DNA of 64,000 bases, from positions 32,001 through 96,000 of the forward strand of contig JBDHAB010000007.1 of NCBI GenBank assembly GCA_039588295.1, read 5' to 3'. This document shows positions 37,555-46,771 of the stretch, one piece after another. The position numbers were made by a program, and so were the translations under genes. This DNA is from Gemmatimonadota bacterium (lineage in GTDB: Bacteria; Gemmatimonadota; Gemmatimonadetes; Gemmatimonadales; GWC2-71-9). The notes beneath the pieces were generated by a model. The model saw only the letters and a program-made list of their open reading frames with translations, made no database searches and had not been told where the DNA came from. The number at the start of each line of letters is the position of its first letter. Position 1 is the stretch's first letter.

Positions 37555-38754
37555 GTGACAGCGACGAACGGGACAATCGGACTTCTGACCGGCGGTGGGG
37601 ATGTTCCCGGTCTCAATCCTGCCATTCGCGCCATTACGATTCGCGCGCTGCGGGAGGGCTACCGCGTGCTGGGAATTCGCCGAGGCTGGGCTGGCCTCAT
37701 CGATCTCGTTCCAGAGCGCGACGCTGATAACAGCATGCATGTGCAGATGCTGACGGAGGACGTCGTCAATCGTGCGGGTCGGACGGGAGGGACGTTCCTC
37801 CACACATCGCGCACGCGGCCGAGCCGGCTTCCCAAGCCGGTGGTGCCCGAACACCTCCGCGACCGGTACACGGATGAGATCAACGATGTGACACCGTCGG
37901 TGTTGAGGAACCTCGAGTTCCTTGGAATCGACTATCTCGTGCCGATCGGTGGCGACGATACGCTGAGCTACGGCCTGCGCCTGCACCAGGAGGGGGTGAA
38001 GGTCGTGGCGGTCCCCAAGACCATGGACAATGACGTTCCCGGTACGGACTACTGCATCGGGTTCAGCACGTGCGTGACCCGCACGATTGAGATGACCCAC
38101 AGCCTGCGGACCTCCGCGGGGTCACACGAGCGGTTCCTCGTCATCGAGGTGTTTGGGCGGTACGCGGGGTATACGGCGCTGCTGCCTACCATGGCGGGCG
38201 CGGCGGATCGGTGCCTGATTCCCGAACACCGCTTCCAACTAGAGCATCTCTGCGAGCTGCTCAGCTACGACCGCGGACGAAACCCGAGCAAGTACGCAGT
38301 GGTGCTCGTATCGGAGGGAGCCCGCATGACGGACGATGACGAAATGTCCTTCGAAGGTCAGGAACAGGATCAGTATGGTCATCGCAAGCTCGGGGGGATC
38401 GGCGATAAGGTCGCGTCGCGCCTCAAGCTTTGCTCACCGAGGTACAATCAGGGTCGGCGCGTGAACATCGTGAACCAGCGTCTTGGCTACCTGGTGCGGT
38501 GTGGCGATCCGGATGCGATGGACTCGATCGTGCCCATGGCCTTCGGCAACCTCGCGCTCGACCTGGTACTCGGAGGCACCTCCGGCCGCTTGGTGAGCCT
38601 GCGCAACGGTGTGTACGACAGTGTGCCGATCGACGTGGTGACGGGCCGCAAGAAGGTCATCGACGTCGACAAGTACTACAATGTCGAGCGTCTCCGACCC
38701 AACTACAAGACCTTCATCCGACAACCCCTGTTCATCATGACGAGCGATGTCTGA
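37555..38754 (+). CDS. pfkA: 6-phosphofructokinase, probably PPi-dependent
   Basis: TGGGDVPGLN, GGTFLHTSR, GGDD, PKTMDND, EVFGR, LGYLVR. Confidence 0.85.
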   Translation: MTATNGTIGLLTGGGDVPGLNPAIRAITIRALREGYRVLGIRRGWAGLIDLVPERDADNSMHVQMLTEDVVNRAGRTGGTFLHTSRTRPSRLPKPVVPEHLRDRYTDEINDVTPSVLRNLEFLGIDYLVPIGGDDTLSYGLRLHQEGVKVVAVPKTMDNDVPGTDYCIGFSTCVTRTIEMTHSLRTSAGSHERFLVIEVFGRYAGYTALLPTMAGAADRCLIPEHRFQLEHLCELLSYDRGRNPSKYAVVLVSEGARMTDDDEMSFEGQEQDQYGHRKLGGIGDKVASRLKLCSPRYNQGRRVNIVNQRLGYLVRCGDPDAMDSIVPMAFGNLALDLVLGGTSGRLVSLRNGVYDSVPIDVVTGRKKVIDVDKYYNVERLRPNYKTFIRQPLFIMTSDV

Positions 38755-39301
38755 ATCGCTGCGCGACGCGGTCGAGGAGCTCTGGCCCGAACTCGAGTGG
38801 ATTGAGTCGAAGGAGCTCCGCGAGCAAGTCACACAGACGTGGGTCCGGGCGTTCGAGCAGAGTCCGCTCGCGCCCGCCGACCTCAACCGGATTCCGTTCA
38901 CCCTTCTGGTGCCGAACTGTCCGGCCACCTTCATGGAGCACAAGCGCTGCGTCGTCCACATTGCACGGCGAGCGGCGGAATCGATGCACGAGTTCCTTGG
39001 GAGCGCGCTCCACATCGACCGGGACACAGTGATTGCCGGAGCGATTCTGGCCGATGTCGGCAAGTTGTTGGAATACGAGAAACGCGATGGAGAGACGCGA
39101 CAGAGCGCCCGCGGTCAGAGTCTCCGCCATCCGTTTACGGGTGTGGCCCTTGCCATGGCATGCCATGTGCCGGACGCGGTCTGTCACATCATTGCCACGC
39201 ATGCCGCCGAGGGTGACTTGGTGCAGCGGAGCACCGAGGCCTACATCGTCCATCATGCGGATTTCATGAGCTACTTGCCGTTCAAGAACCTCGCCGGCTG
39301 A
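38747..39301 (+). CDS. HD-superfamily metal-dependent phosphohydrolase (HD doublet reads AD)
   Basis: EH...GAILADVGKLLEY...LRHP...ATH...HHAD; overlaps the pfk stop by 8 nt. Confidence 0.75.
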   Translation: MSESLRDAVEELWPELEWIESKELREQVTQTWVRAFEQSPLAPADLNRIPFTLLVPNCPATFMEHKRCVVHIARRAAESMHEFLGSALHIDRDTVIAGAILADVGKLLEYEKRDGETRQSARGQSLRHPFTGVALAMACHVPDAVCHIIATHAAEGDLVQRSTEAYIVHHADFMSYLPFKNLAG

Positions 39302-39339
39302 CGGGCCGCATCCCGGGCAGACGGAAGGAGCCATCCGGA

Positions 39340-40719
39340 ATGTCACAGTCGATCACCGCCACCATGGCCCAGTGGGCCGCCGACCTCGGGTTCGACGATC
39401 TCGGAGCCGAAGCGATTCACGAATCGCGGCGCTACCTGCTCGACTCGCTGGGCTGTGCCTTTGGGGGATATCGCCAGGAGGACGCCCGCATCGCCCTGGA
39501 TGTGCTGGGCGAGATCGGCGGGTCCGGACTGGCGACGGTCCTCGGGAGCGGCGCGCGAACCGATCCCGTGTCGGCGTCGCTGGCGAATGCGCTCATGGTC
39601 CGGGTGATGGACTACAACGACATCTACTGGCAGCAGGACCCATCACATCCGTCGGATATCATCCCGGCCGCGATCGCCTGTGGCGAACGTGCCGGTCGGA
39701 CCGGTAAGGACCTGATCGTCGGCATCGTCCTCGGGCACGAATTCGAGATGCGGCTGTGCGAGGCGGCGTTTCCGGGCATCCGGGAACGCGGATGGCATCA
39801 CGCGACGCTCACGGCCTTCGTCTCGCCGATCGTGGCGGGTCGAATGCTCGGTCTGTCGTGGGATCGCATTCAGCATGCGATCGGGATCTCGGCGTCGCGA
39901 CACGCGACGTTCGGTGCAGTGACCGCTGGCAAGCTCACGATGATGAAGAACACGGTGGATCCGTTGGCGACGCAGAGCGGCGTACTCGCGGCGCTGTTGG
40001 CCGAACGCGGCTATACGGGTCCGGAGCACGTGGTGGATGGCAAGGAAGGACTGGTCCACTGCTTCGGGCCGGAGTGGAAGCTCGAGATTCTCACAGAGGG
40101 TTTGGGGCAGTCGTGGCGCATCGAGCGCTGCGGGATGAAAGCATTTCCGACCGAGGCGTTGACGCACGCCCCGATCTCCGCGGTGCTTGCCATCGTGCAG
40201 GAGCACGATCTGGCACCCGAGCAGGTGGCGACGGTGCGTATCCGCTCGCTTGCGCGCGCGGCCGATATCCTGGCAGACCCGAGCAAGTACGACCCGCGAA
40301 CAAAGGAGACCGCGGACCACAGTCTCCCGTATGTCGTCGCGGCTGCCCTGGTCGACCGTCAAGTCACGCCAGCCCAGTTTGAGTCCGACCGTATCATGGA
40401 CCCGAAGATTCGTGAGCAGCTCCGCAAGGTCGAAGTGGTGGCCGACCCCGAGATCGAGAAGGTGTTTCCGGAATTGCAGCGGGTAATTGTGCAGATCGAC
40501 ACGACGGACGGTCGTGCGTTGACGCAAACGTTGGACTACCCGAAGGGTGATCCGCGAAACCCACTCACCGACCATGAGATCGAAGAGAAGTTCGACGCGC
40601 TCGCGGCGCCGGTGCTCTCGCAGCGTGCGAGGGACCGGCTGAAGGCCGCCGTCTGGGAGCTGGAGTCCATGGACTCGATTTCAGACCTCATGGCGCTGTG
40701 CCGGGCCGACGTAACGTGA
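39340..40719 (+). CDS. prpD: MmgE/PrpD-family dehydratase
   Basis: LDSLGCA, RVMDYND, SHPSD, GWHH, K-AFP-EALTH, ETADHSLPY, PKGDPRNPL. Confidence 0.88.
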   Translation: MSQSITATMAQWAADLGFDDLGAEAIHESRRYLLDSLGCAFGGYRQEDARIALDVLGEIGGSGLATVLGSGARTDPVSASLANALMVRVMDYNDIYWQQDPSHPSDIIPAAIACGERAGRTGKDLIVGIVLGHEFEMRLCEAAFPGIRERGWHHATLTAFVSPIVAGRMLGLSWDRIQHAIGISASRHATFGAVTAGKLTMMKNTVDPLATQSGVLAALLAERGYTGPEHVVDGKEGLVHCFGPEWKLEILTEGLGQSWRIERCGMKAFPTEALTHAPISAVLAIVQEHDLAPEQVATVRIRSLARAADILADPSKYDPRTKETADHSLPYVVAAALVDRQVTPAQFESDRIMDPKIREQLRKVEVVADPEIEKVFPELQRVIVQIDTTDGRALTQTLDYPKGDPRNPLTDHEIEEKFDALAAPVLSQRARDRLKAAVWELESMDSISDLMALCRADVT

Positions 40720-40785
40720 TCCCGCAGTGGCGGGGCGGAGGCGATGGCCGTGGCCGCGGTATCGCCTCCCCTGGGTGAGGGCATT

Positions 40786-42729
40786 ATGGGACAGACCGTC
40801 GTTGAGAAGATCGCCCAGCAGCACATGACAGCCGGTCCCGAGCGGTCGATCTGCACGGGAGACGTCGTGTCGCTTCGGCCTCGGTACGTGATGACCCATG
40901 ACAACACGGCCGCGGTGATGAAGAAGTTCCAATCCATTGGTGCGACGCGGATTTGGGATCCTCGGCAGCCGGTCTTCGCACTCGATCACGACATCCAGAA
41001 CACCTCGGAGACGAATCTCGCCAAGTATCGGGAGATCGAGGCGTTCGCGCGCGCGCACGGCGTCGACTTCTACCCGGCCGGGACGGGCATCGGACACCAG
41101 ATCGTCGTGGCTCGTGGGTATGCGGTACCGGGCGCGCTCGTCGTGGCGTCGGATTCCCATTCCAACATGTACGGCGCGGTTGGGGCCCTCGGGACACCGG
41201 TCGTCAGGACGGACGCTGCCGCCATCTGGGCGACCGGCGAATTCTGGTGGCAGATTCCCAGAACGGTACAGGTCGTGTTGCACGGTCACTTGCGCGATGG
41301 CGTGACAGGGAAGGATGTCATCATTACGCTGTGTGGACTCTACAACGACGAGGTACTGAACGCGGCGGTCGAGTTTGCAGGGCCGGCGATCGCGGGCCTC
41401 AGCATGGACGCGCGCATGACGATCGCCAACATGACCACCGAGTGGGGTGCGTTGGTCGGCTGGTTTCCAGTGGACGATGTGACCCTTCGGTACCTCGCTC
41501 GCCGCAAGGAGCTGCTGGACGCGCAAGGGGAGACACGGTATACGGACGAAGACCTGGCGCAGTGGCGCGAAGCGCCGCCAGCCCCCGATCCGGAAGCGGC
41601 GTACGCGGGGCGCATCGACCTGAACTTGTCCGACGTCAGTCCGCACGCGTCGGGCCCTGACAGTGTGCACGTGATGCGTTCCGTCGCGGATATCGAACAG
41701 GATCGGGTCGTGATACAGAAGGCCTATCTGGTCTCGTGTGTCAACAGTCGCGTCGAAGATCTGGAAGCCGCCGCGCGTGTGATGCGCGGGAAGCGCGTCG
41801 CCGATGGGGTCGAGTTCTATGTCTCGGCGGCGAGCCGCGAGGTGGAGGAAGCCGCGGCGGAATCCGATGCGTGGGGCGCGTTGTTGGAAGCGGGGGCGAG
41901 GCCGCTGCCCCCCGGCTGCGGCCCGTGTATCGGCTTGGGTGCCGGGCTGCTCGAGTCGGGTGAGGTCGGCATCTCCGCCACGAACCGCAACTTCAAGGGT
42001 CGCATGGGGTCGAGGGACGCCCGGTGCTATCTGGCCAGCCCGGAGGTGGTGGCCGCCTCAGCGGTCGCGGGATACATCACCGGGCCCCGTGCGTCCGACG
42101 GACGCCAACCGGAGCGCCGGTATGCCGAGCCGGCGACCGCAGCCTCCGCAGCCGAAGCGGTAAAGATCCAGGAGGGATTCCCGGAGCGAGTCTCCGGGCG
42201 GCTCGTCTTCGTGCCGCAGGACAGCCTCAATACCGACGGGATCTACGGCAAGGACTACACGTATCGCGAGGGCATGACACCGGGGGAAATGGCAGGTGTG
42301 GTCATGGAGAACTACGATCCCACGTTCTCCGAGCGGGTGCGGCCGGGAGACATCCTGGTGGGTGGCTGGAACTTCGGCACAGGGTCGTCGCGCGAACAGG
42401 CCGTGACGGCGCTCCAGGCGAAAGGGCTTCCGCTGGTGATCGCGGGAAGTTTCTCGCAGACGTACCTGCGCAACGCGTACAACAACGGGTATCCCTGCAT
42501 CGCGTGCGACGCGTTGGTGAGACGGTTGAAGGAGTTACTCACCGCTGCCGTCACCGCGCGCGAGCTCACCGTGATTCCAGGTGACGAACTGCTCGTAGAT
42601 TTCGCGCGGAGCACGTTGCGCTACCGCGATGAGGTATTCGCGTTTCCACCGTTGGGGGCCGTACCGCAATCGCTGGTCATCGCGGGTGGGATCGAGAATC
42701 AAATTCGGAACAAGCTGGGAGTGGGTTGA
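40786..42729 (+). CDS. lysF: Single-chain, fungal Lys4/LysF-type homoaconitase
   Basis: THDN, LDHDIQN, GIGHQ, ASDSHSN, RTDAAAIWATG-WWQIP, SCVNSR, CGPCIGLG, NRNFKGRMG, NTDGIY, NFGTGSSREQA. Confidence 0.85.
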   Translation: MGQTVVEKIAQQHMTAGPERSICTGDVVSLRPRYVMTHDNTAAVMKKFQSIGATRIWDPRQPVFALDHDIQNTSETNLAKYREIEAFARAHGVDFYPAGTGIGHQIVVARGYAVPGALVVASDSHSNMYGAVGALGTPVVRTDAAAIWATGEFWWQIPRTVQVVLHGHLRDGVTGKDVIITLCGLYNDEVLNAAVEFAGPAIAGLSMDARMTIANMTTEWGALVGWFPVDDVTLRYLARRKELLDAQGETRYTDEDLAQWREAPPAPDPEAAYAGRIDLNLSDVSPHASGPDSVHVMRSVADIEQDRVVIQKAYLVSCVNSRVEDLEAAARVMRGKRVADGVEFYVSAASREVEEAAAESDAWGALLEAGARPLPPGCGPCIGLGAGLLESGEVGISATNRNFKGRMGSRDARCYLASPEVVAASAVAGYITGPRASDGRQPERRYAEPATAASAAEAVKIQEGFPERVSGRLVFVPQDSLNTDGIYGKDYTYREGMTPGEMAGVVMENYDPTFSERVRPGDILVGGWNFGTGSSREQAVTALQAKGLPLVIAGSFSQTYLRNAYNNGYPCIACDALVRRLKELLTAAVTARELTVIPGDELLVDFARSTLRYRDEVFAFPPLGAVPQSLVIAGGIENQIRNKLGVG

Positions 42730-42777
42730 CCGTCGTAGCCGCTCTCGAGCGCTGAAGGTTGGGAGGAAGAGGCTGAA

Positions 42778-43965
42778 ATGGGGAAACACACCGTCGTGAC
42801 GATGCCGGGTGATGGGATCGGGGCCGTCGTGCTACCGGAGGCCATTCGGGTGCTTCAGGCAGTCGGGTTCGACGCGGACTATGTGCACGCCGACATCGGG
42901 TGGCAATTCTGGGTCACCGAGGCCAATCCGCTCCCGGAGCGCACGATCGATCTGCTGAAAGAACACAAGCTCGGTCTGTTTGGAGCGATCACCTCCAAGC
43001 CTAAAGCCGAAGCACGTGCGGAGCTGCGGCCGGAGCTGCGTGACGCCGGGTACGAGTATTTCAGCCCGATCGTGGGCATGCGGCAGATCTTCAATCTCGA
43101 CGTGTGCATTCGGCCCTGTCGCTCGTTCCCGGGTAACCCGCTCAATTTCGTGCGCCAGCAACCCGGTGGCGGTGCCGAGGAGCCCAAGGTCGATGCCGTG
43201 GTGTTCCGACAGAATACCGAGGGGCTCTACTGCGGCATCGAGTGGACCGACCCGCCGCAAGTGGTCCGCAATGCCCTCGGCATGCACCCGAAATACCGAC
43301 CGTTCGCGGACGTTCCGGGCGAGGAGTTGGCGCTGTCGGTCCGGATGTTCACCCGCAACGCCTGCCGACGGATCGTCCGCGCCGCGTTCGCATACGCGCA
43401 GCAGCACGGCTACCGGTCAGTGACGATCTGCGAGAAGCCGAACGTGTTGCGCGAAACCTCCGGGATGATGGAAGAGATTGCGCGGGACGTACAGCGGGAA
43501 TTCCCCGACATCCAACGTTGGTCGACCAACATCGACGCACAAATGATGTGGCTGACCAAGAATCCCGAAGACTATGGTGTGATCGTGGCGGGGAATCTGT
43601 TCGGCGACATCATCTCCGACGCCTTTGCCGGATTGGTTGGTGGCCTTGGCTTTGCGTGTTCGGGTAACATCGGCGATGACGTGGCCGTGTTCGAACCGAC
43701 CCACGGATCGGCGCCGAAGTATGCCGAGTTGGATCCACCCATCGTGAACCCCATCGCGATGACGTTGAGCGCGGCGATGCTGCTCGACCACGTGGGTGCC
43801 AGCGAGCAGGCCGGTCGTGTGCGGCAAGCCGTTGCGGCTGTCGTTCAACAGGGGCAGGTACGGACCTACGATATGTTGCGCCTGGCAGGCGGGCCGGAAG
43901 TGACGAAAGCCGGTGCCGCGACGACCGCGCAGATGACCGACGCGATCATCAGCGCGCTCGGATAG
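42778..43965 (+). CDS. Beta-decarboxylating dehydrogenase, homoisocitrate-dehydrogenase-like
   Basis: PGDGIG, FGAITS, YFSPIVGMR, RQNTEGLY, KPNV, NLFGDIISD, FEPTHGSAP, NPIA. Confidence 0.8.
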   Translation: MGKHTVVTMPGDGIGAVVLPEAIRVLQAVGFDADYVHADIGWQFWVTEANPLPERTIDLLKEHKLGLFGAITSKPKAEARAELRPELRDAGYEYFSPIVGMRQIFNLDVCIRPCRSFPGNPLNFVRQQPGGGAEEPKVDAVVFRQNTEGLYCGIEWTDPPQVVRNALGMHPKYRPFADVPGEELALSVRMFTRNACRRIVRAAFAYAQQHGYRSVTICEKPNVLRETSGMMEEIARDVQREFPDIQRWSTNIDAQMMWLTKNPEDYGVIVAGNLFGDIISDAFAGLVGGLGFACSGNIGDDVAVFEPTHGSAPKYAELDPPIVNPIAMTLSAAMLLDHVGASEQAGRVRQAVAAVVQQGQVRTYDMLRLAGGPEVTKAGAATTAQMTDAIISALG

Positions 43966-43976
43966 GAGGACACGTC

Positions 43977-45197
43977 ATGACGGTCCGCGGTGTTGCGGGT
44001 CGAACGGGCGACGACGCGCGTTCTGATCTCCAGGTGACCGTGGAGCTCCGGCGGTCCGGCGGACTCGGAATCACGCTTGCCTCCAAGGTGGAGGCGCTAT
44101 ATGGACAGTCGATCGTCGAACTGACGGAGGGGCTGCTCTCGGAACTCGGAGTCGAGCACGCGGCGATTGCGATCGAGGATCAGGGTGCGTTGCCGTTTGT
44201 CATCGCCGCGCGTCTCGAGACAGCCGTGCGGCGTGCCGGCGCTCCGGCCCGCGGAGACGGTCGCCCACCGTGCACCGTCCCGCGGCGCGCGGCATCCCCA
44301 CAGGCGCGTGTTCGGCGCTCTCGGCTCTATCTGCCCGGCAACGAGCCCAAGTTCCTCGTCAACGCCGGTCTGCACCGGCCCGATGCGGTGATTCTCGATC
44401 TCGAAGATTCAGTCCATCCGGCGGAGAAGGACGCCGCGCGCATCTTGGTGCGGAATGCGCTTCGCTGTGTCGACTTCCTGGGTGCCGAGCGGATGGTGCG
44501 GATCAATCAACTGCCCGCCGGGCTCGAGGATCTTGAAATGGTCGTCCCTGAGCACCCTGACCTCGTGCTCATTCCCAAGACCGAGCGACCGGACGCGGTG
44601 CGCCGTGTGCATGAGCAGATTCGCACCATTCAGGATCGGGAGAAGGACGCCGACCCGATTTGGCTGATGCCGATTCTCGAGTCGGCGTTGGGCGTGGAGC
44701 ATGCGTTCGACATCGCCCGAGCGGTGGACTCGGTCGCCGCACTCACCATTGGTCTCGAGGACTACACGGCCGATCTCGGGGTCGCGAAGACTCGGCATGG
44801 CGAGGAGTCGCTCTTTGCGCGCATGCGGCTCGTGAACGCGGCGCGCGCGGCGGGGGTGCAGGCGATCGACTCGGTGTACGGCGATATTGCTGATGTCGAC
44901 GGGCTCGCGGCGTGGGGCGCGCGCTCGCGTGCCCTGGGGTTTGACGGCATGGGGTGCGTTCATCCGCGGCAGATCGACGTGGTCCACCAGGCGTTTGCAC
45001 CGCCGCAGGCGGAGCTCGACAAGGCGTTGCAGATCGTTGCCGCCTTCGAGCAGGCGCAGGCACAGGGACTGGCGGTCGTGAGCCTTGGCACGCGCATGAT
45101 CGATCCTCCGGTGGTGTTGCGGGCGCAGCGGCTCGTGGATCGAGCGCGTCGATCCGGACTGCTCCCCGAAACGGCTGATCGCGGGGGGGCGCCATGA
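43977..45197 (+). CDS. citE: Citrate-lyase acyl-carrier (CitD-like) fused to lyase beta subunit (CitE)
   Basis: N-terminal ~90 aa AG...RSD...IEDQGALPFVIAARLETA (CitD-like); RRSRLYLPGN, LDLEDSV, VRIN, ILES, GLEDY, HPRQI, MIDPP. Confidence 0.85.
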   Translation: MTVRGVAGRTGDDARSDLQVTVELRRSGGLGITLASKVEALYGQSIVELTEGLLSELGVEHAAIAIEDQGALPFVIAARLETAVRRAGAPARGDGRPPCTVPRRAASPQARVRRSRLYLPGNEPKFLVNAGLHRPDAVILDLEDSVHPAEKDAARILVRNALRCVDFLGAERMVRINQLPAGLEDLEMVVPEHPDLVLIPKTERPDAVRRVHEQIRTIQDREKDADPIWLMPILESALGVEHAFDIARAVDSVAALTIGLEDYTADLGVAKTRHGEESLFARMRLVNAARAAGVQAIDSVYGDIADVDGLAAWGARSRALGFDGMGCVHPRQIDVVHQAFAPPQAELDKALQIVAAFEQAQAQGLAVVSLGTRMIDPPVVLRAQRLVDRARRSGLLPETADRGGAP

Positions 45198-46771
45198 GCG
45201 CCGTCGGCTTCGCATCCAATGATGCGGGGCGGCGCGTGCCCAAGGTCGTCAACGGACGGAAGCAGGCGCCCTACCAGGGGGTGGGTGGGTACGATCCGCA
45301 CGCCACGAAGTGCGCACCGCCGGTCCGTTCCTGCCGGGATTATCCGCTGAACGGAGACAAGTGTGTGTCGAGTCTTCGGGCCGCCCTCGAGCAGTGCGGT
45401 CTCGCAGACGGCATGGTGATCTCTACCCATCATCACTTGCGCAATGGGGACCGGGTGGCGGTTGCCGCGCTCGAGGCCGCCGCGGCGCTGGGCGTGAAGG
45501 ACCTCATGTGGTTCCCCAGTGCCTCCTTTCCTTGCCATGCACCGGTGATCGAGCTCATGGATCGCGGCGTGGTGCATCACATCGAAGGCAGCATGAACGG
45601 ACCGTTGGGCGACTACTGCTCTCGAGGCAAGATGCGCGGTCTAGGCGTTCTTCGGTCGCACGGTGGGCGCTGGCAGGCGATCCAGGACGGGGAGGTCAAG
45701 ATCGATGTCGCGGTCATTGCCGCGCCGACCGCCGACCCCTTCGGTAACGCCGACGGGTCGCACGGGCCCTCGGCGTGCGGCTCGTTGGGGTTCGCGTTGG
45801 CGGATTCGATCTACGCCGACCATGTGATCGTCGTGACCGACAACATCGTTCCGTTTCCCTGTGTGCCGTGGCAAATCCAGGGGAACAATGTCGACTGTGT
45901 GGTCCAAGTCGACTCGATTGGTGATCCCTCGAAGATCGTGTCCGGGACCACGCAGATTACCAAGAGTCCGGATCGTCTGTTGATTGCCGAGTACGTCGCG
46001 CGGTTCCTGCGCGACGTCGGCATTATGCGAGACGGATTCTCGTTTCAGGCCGGTGCTGGCGGTATTGCCCTCGCCTTCGTGCAGTTCCTGAAGGGAATGA
46101 TGCAACGGGCGGGCGTGAAGGCGCGTTTCGTGCGTGGTGGATCCACGCAATATCTCGTGGAGTTGCTGAACGAAGGCCTGGCGGACTACATCCTGGACGG
46201 TCAGACGTTCGACCTCGCGGGTGTCGCGTCGATCGCGTCGGATCCGCGCCATATCGCGACGTCGCCATTCACGTCCTACAATTACCACGGGAAGGGGAAC
46301 TTCGCGTCGATCGTCGACGCCGCCGTGCTTGGCGCTACCGAGGTCGACGTGAGCTTCAACGCGAACGTGGTGACCCACTCGGACGGTTTCCTGCTTCACG
46401 GGATCGGGGGATGGCAAAACTGCCTGTTCGCGGGGTGCACGATTCTGGCGGTGCCGGCGTTTCGCGACCGGATCCCCGTCATCGTGGATGAAGTCACGAC
46501 GCTGTGCGGGCCATCCCAATTGATCGACGTGGTTGTAACCGAGCGCGGAATCGCGATCAACCCGCGGCGGGCGGATTTGCTCGAGCGGGTGCAGGGGTCC
46601 GATCTCCCGATTCGACCGCTTGAGGAGATCAAGGACGAGGTCCAGGCTATTCTGGGTGGCCGCCCGGAGCAGCCACGCGTAACCGACCGACCTGTCGCCG
46701 TGATCAAGTGGGTCGACGGGACGGTGTTGGACACCGTGTGGCAGGTCGACACCGCGGATCGGAGAGGATGA
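45194..46771 (+). CDS. citF: Citrate lyase alpha subunit (family II CoA/ACP transferase)
   Basis: DGMVISTHHHLRNGD, RSHGGR, CGSLG, FSFQAGAGG, LGATEVD, NANV, GIGG, VVTERGIAINP; ATGA overlap with citDE. Confidence 0.88.
   Translation: MSAVGFASNDAGRRVPKVVNGRKQAPYQGVGGYDPHATKCAPPVRSCRDYPLNGDKCVSSLRAALEQCGLADGMVISTHHHLRNGDRVAVAALEAAAALGVKDLMWFPSASFPCHAPVIELMDRGVVHHIEGSMNGPLGDYCSRGKMRGLGVLRSHGGRWQAIQDGEVKIDVAVIAAPTADPFGNADGSHGPSACGSLGFALADSIYADHVIVVTDNIVPFPCVPWQIQGNNVDCVVQVDSIGDPSKIVSGTTQITKSPDRLLIAEYVARFLRDVGIMRDGFSFQAGAGGIALAFVQFLKGMMQRAGVKARFVRGGSTQYLVELLNEGLADYILDGQTFDLAGVASIASDPRHIATSPFTSYNYHGKGNFASIVDAAVLGATEVDVSFNANVVTHSDGFLLHGIGGWQNCLFAGCTILAVPAFRDRIPVIVDEVTTLCGPSQLIDVVVTERGIAINPRRADLLERVQGSDLPIRPLEEIKDEVQAILGGRPEQPRVTDRPVAVIKWVDGTVLDTVWQVDTADRRG

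Noticed and set aside
39340..43965. Standard 2-methylcitrate cycle or leucine biosynthesis operon
   Set aside because: No prpB/prpC or leuA; the aconitase and dehydrogenase motifs match the homo-acid enzymes better
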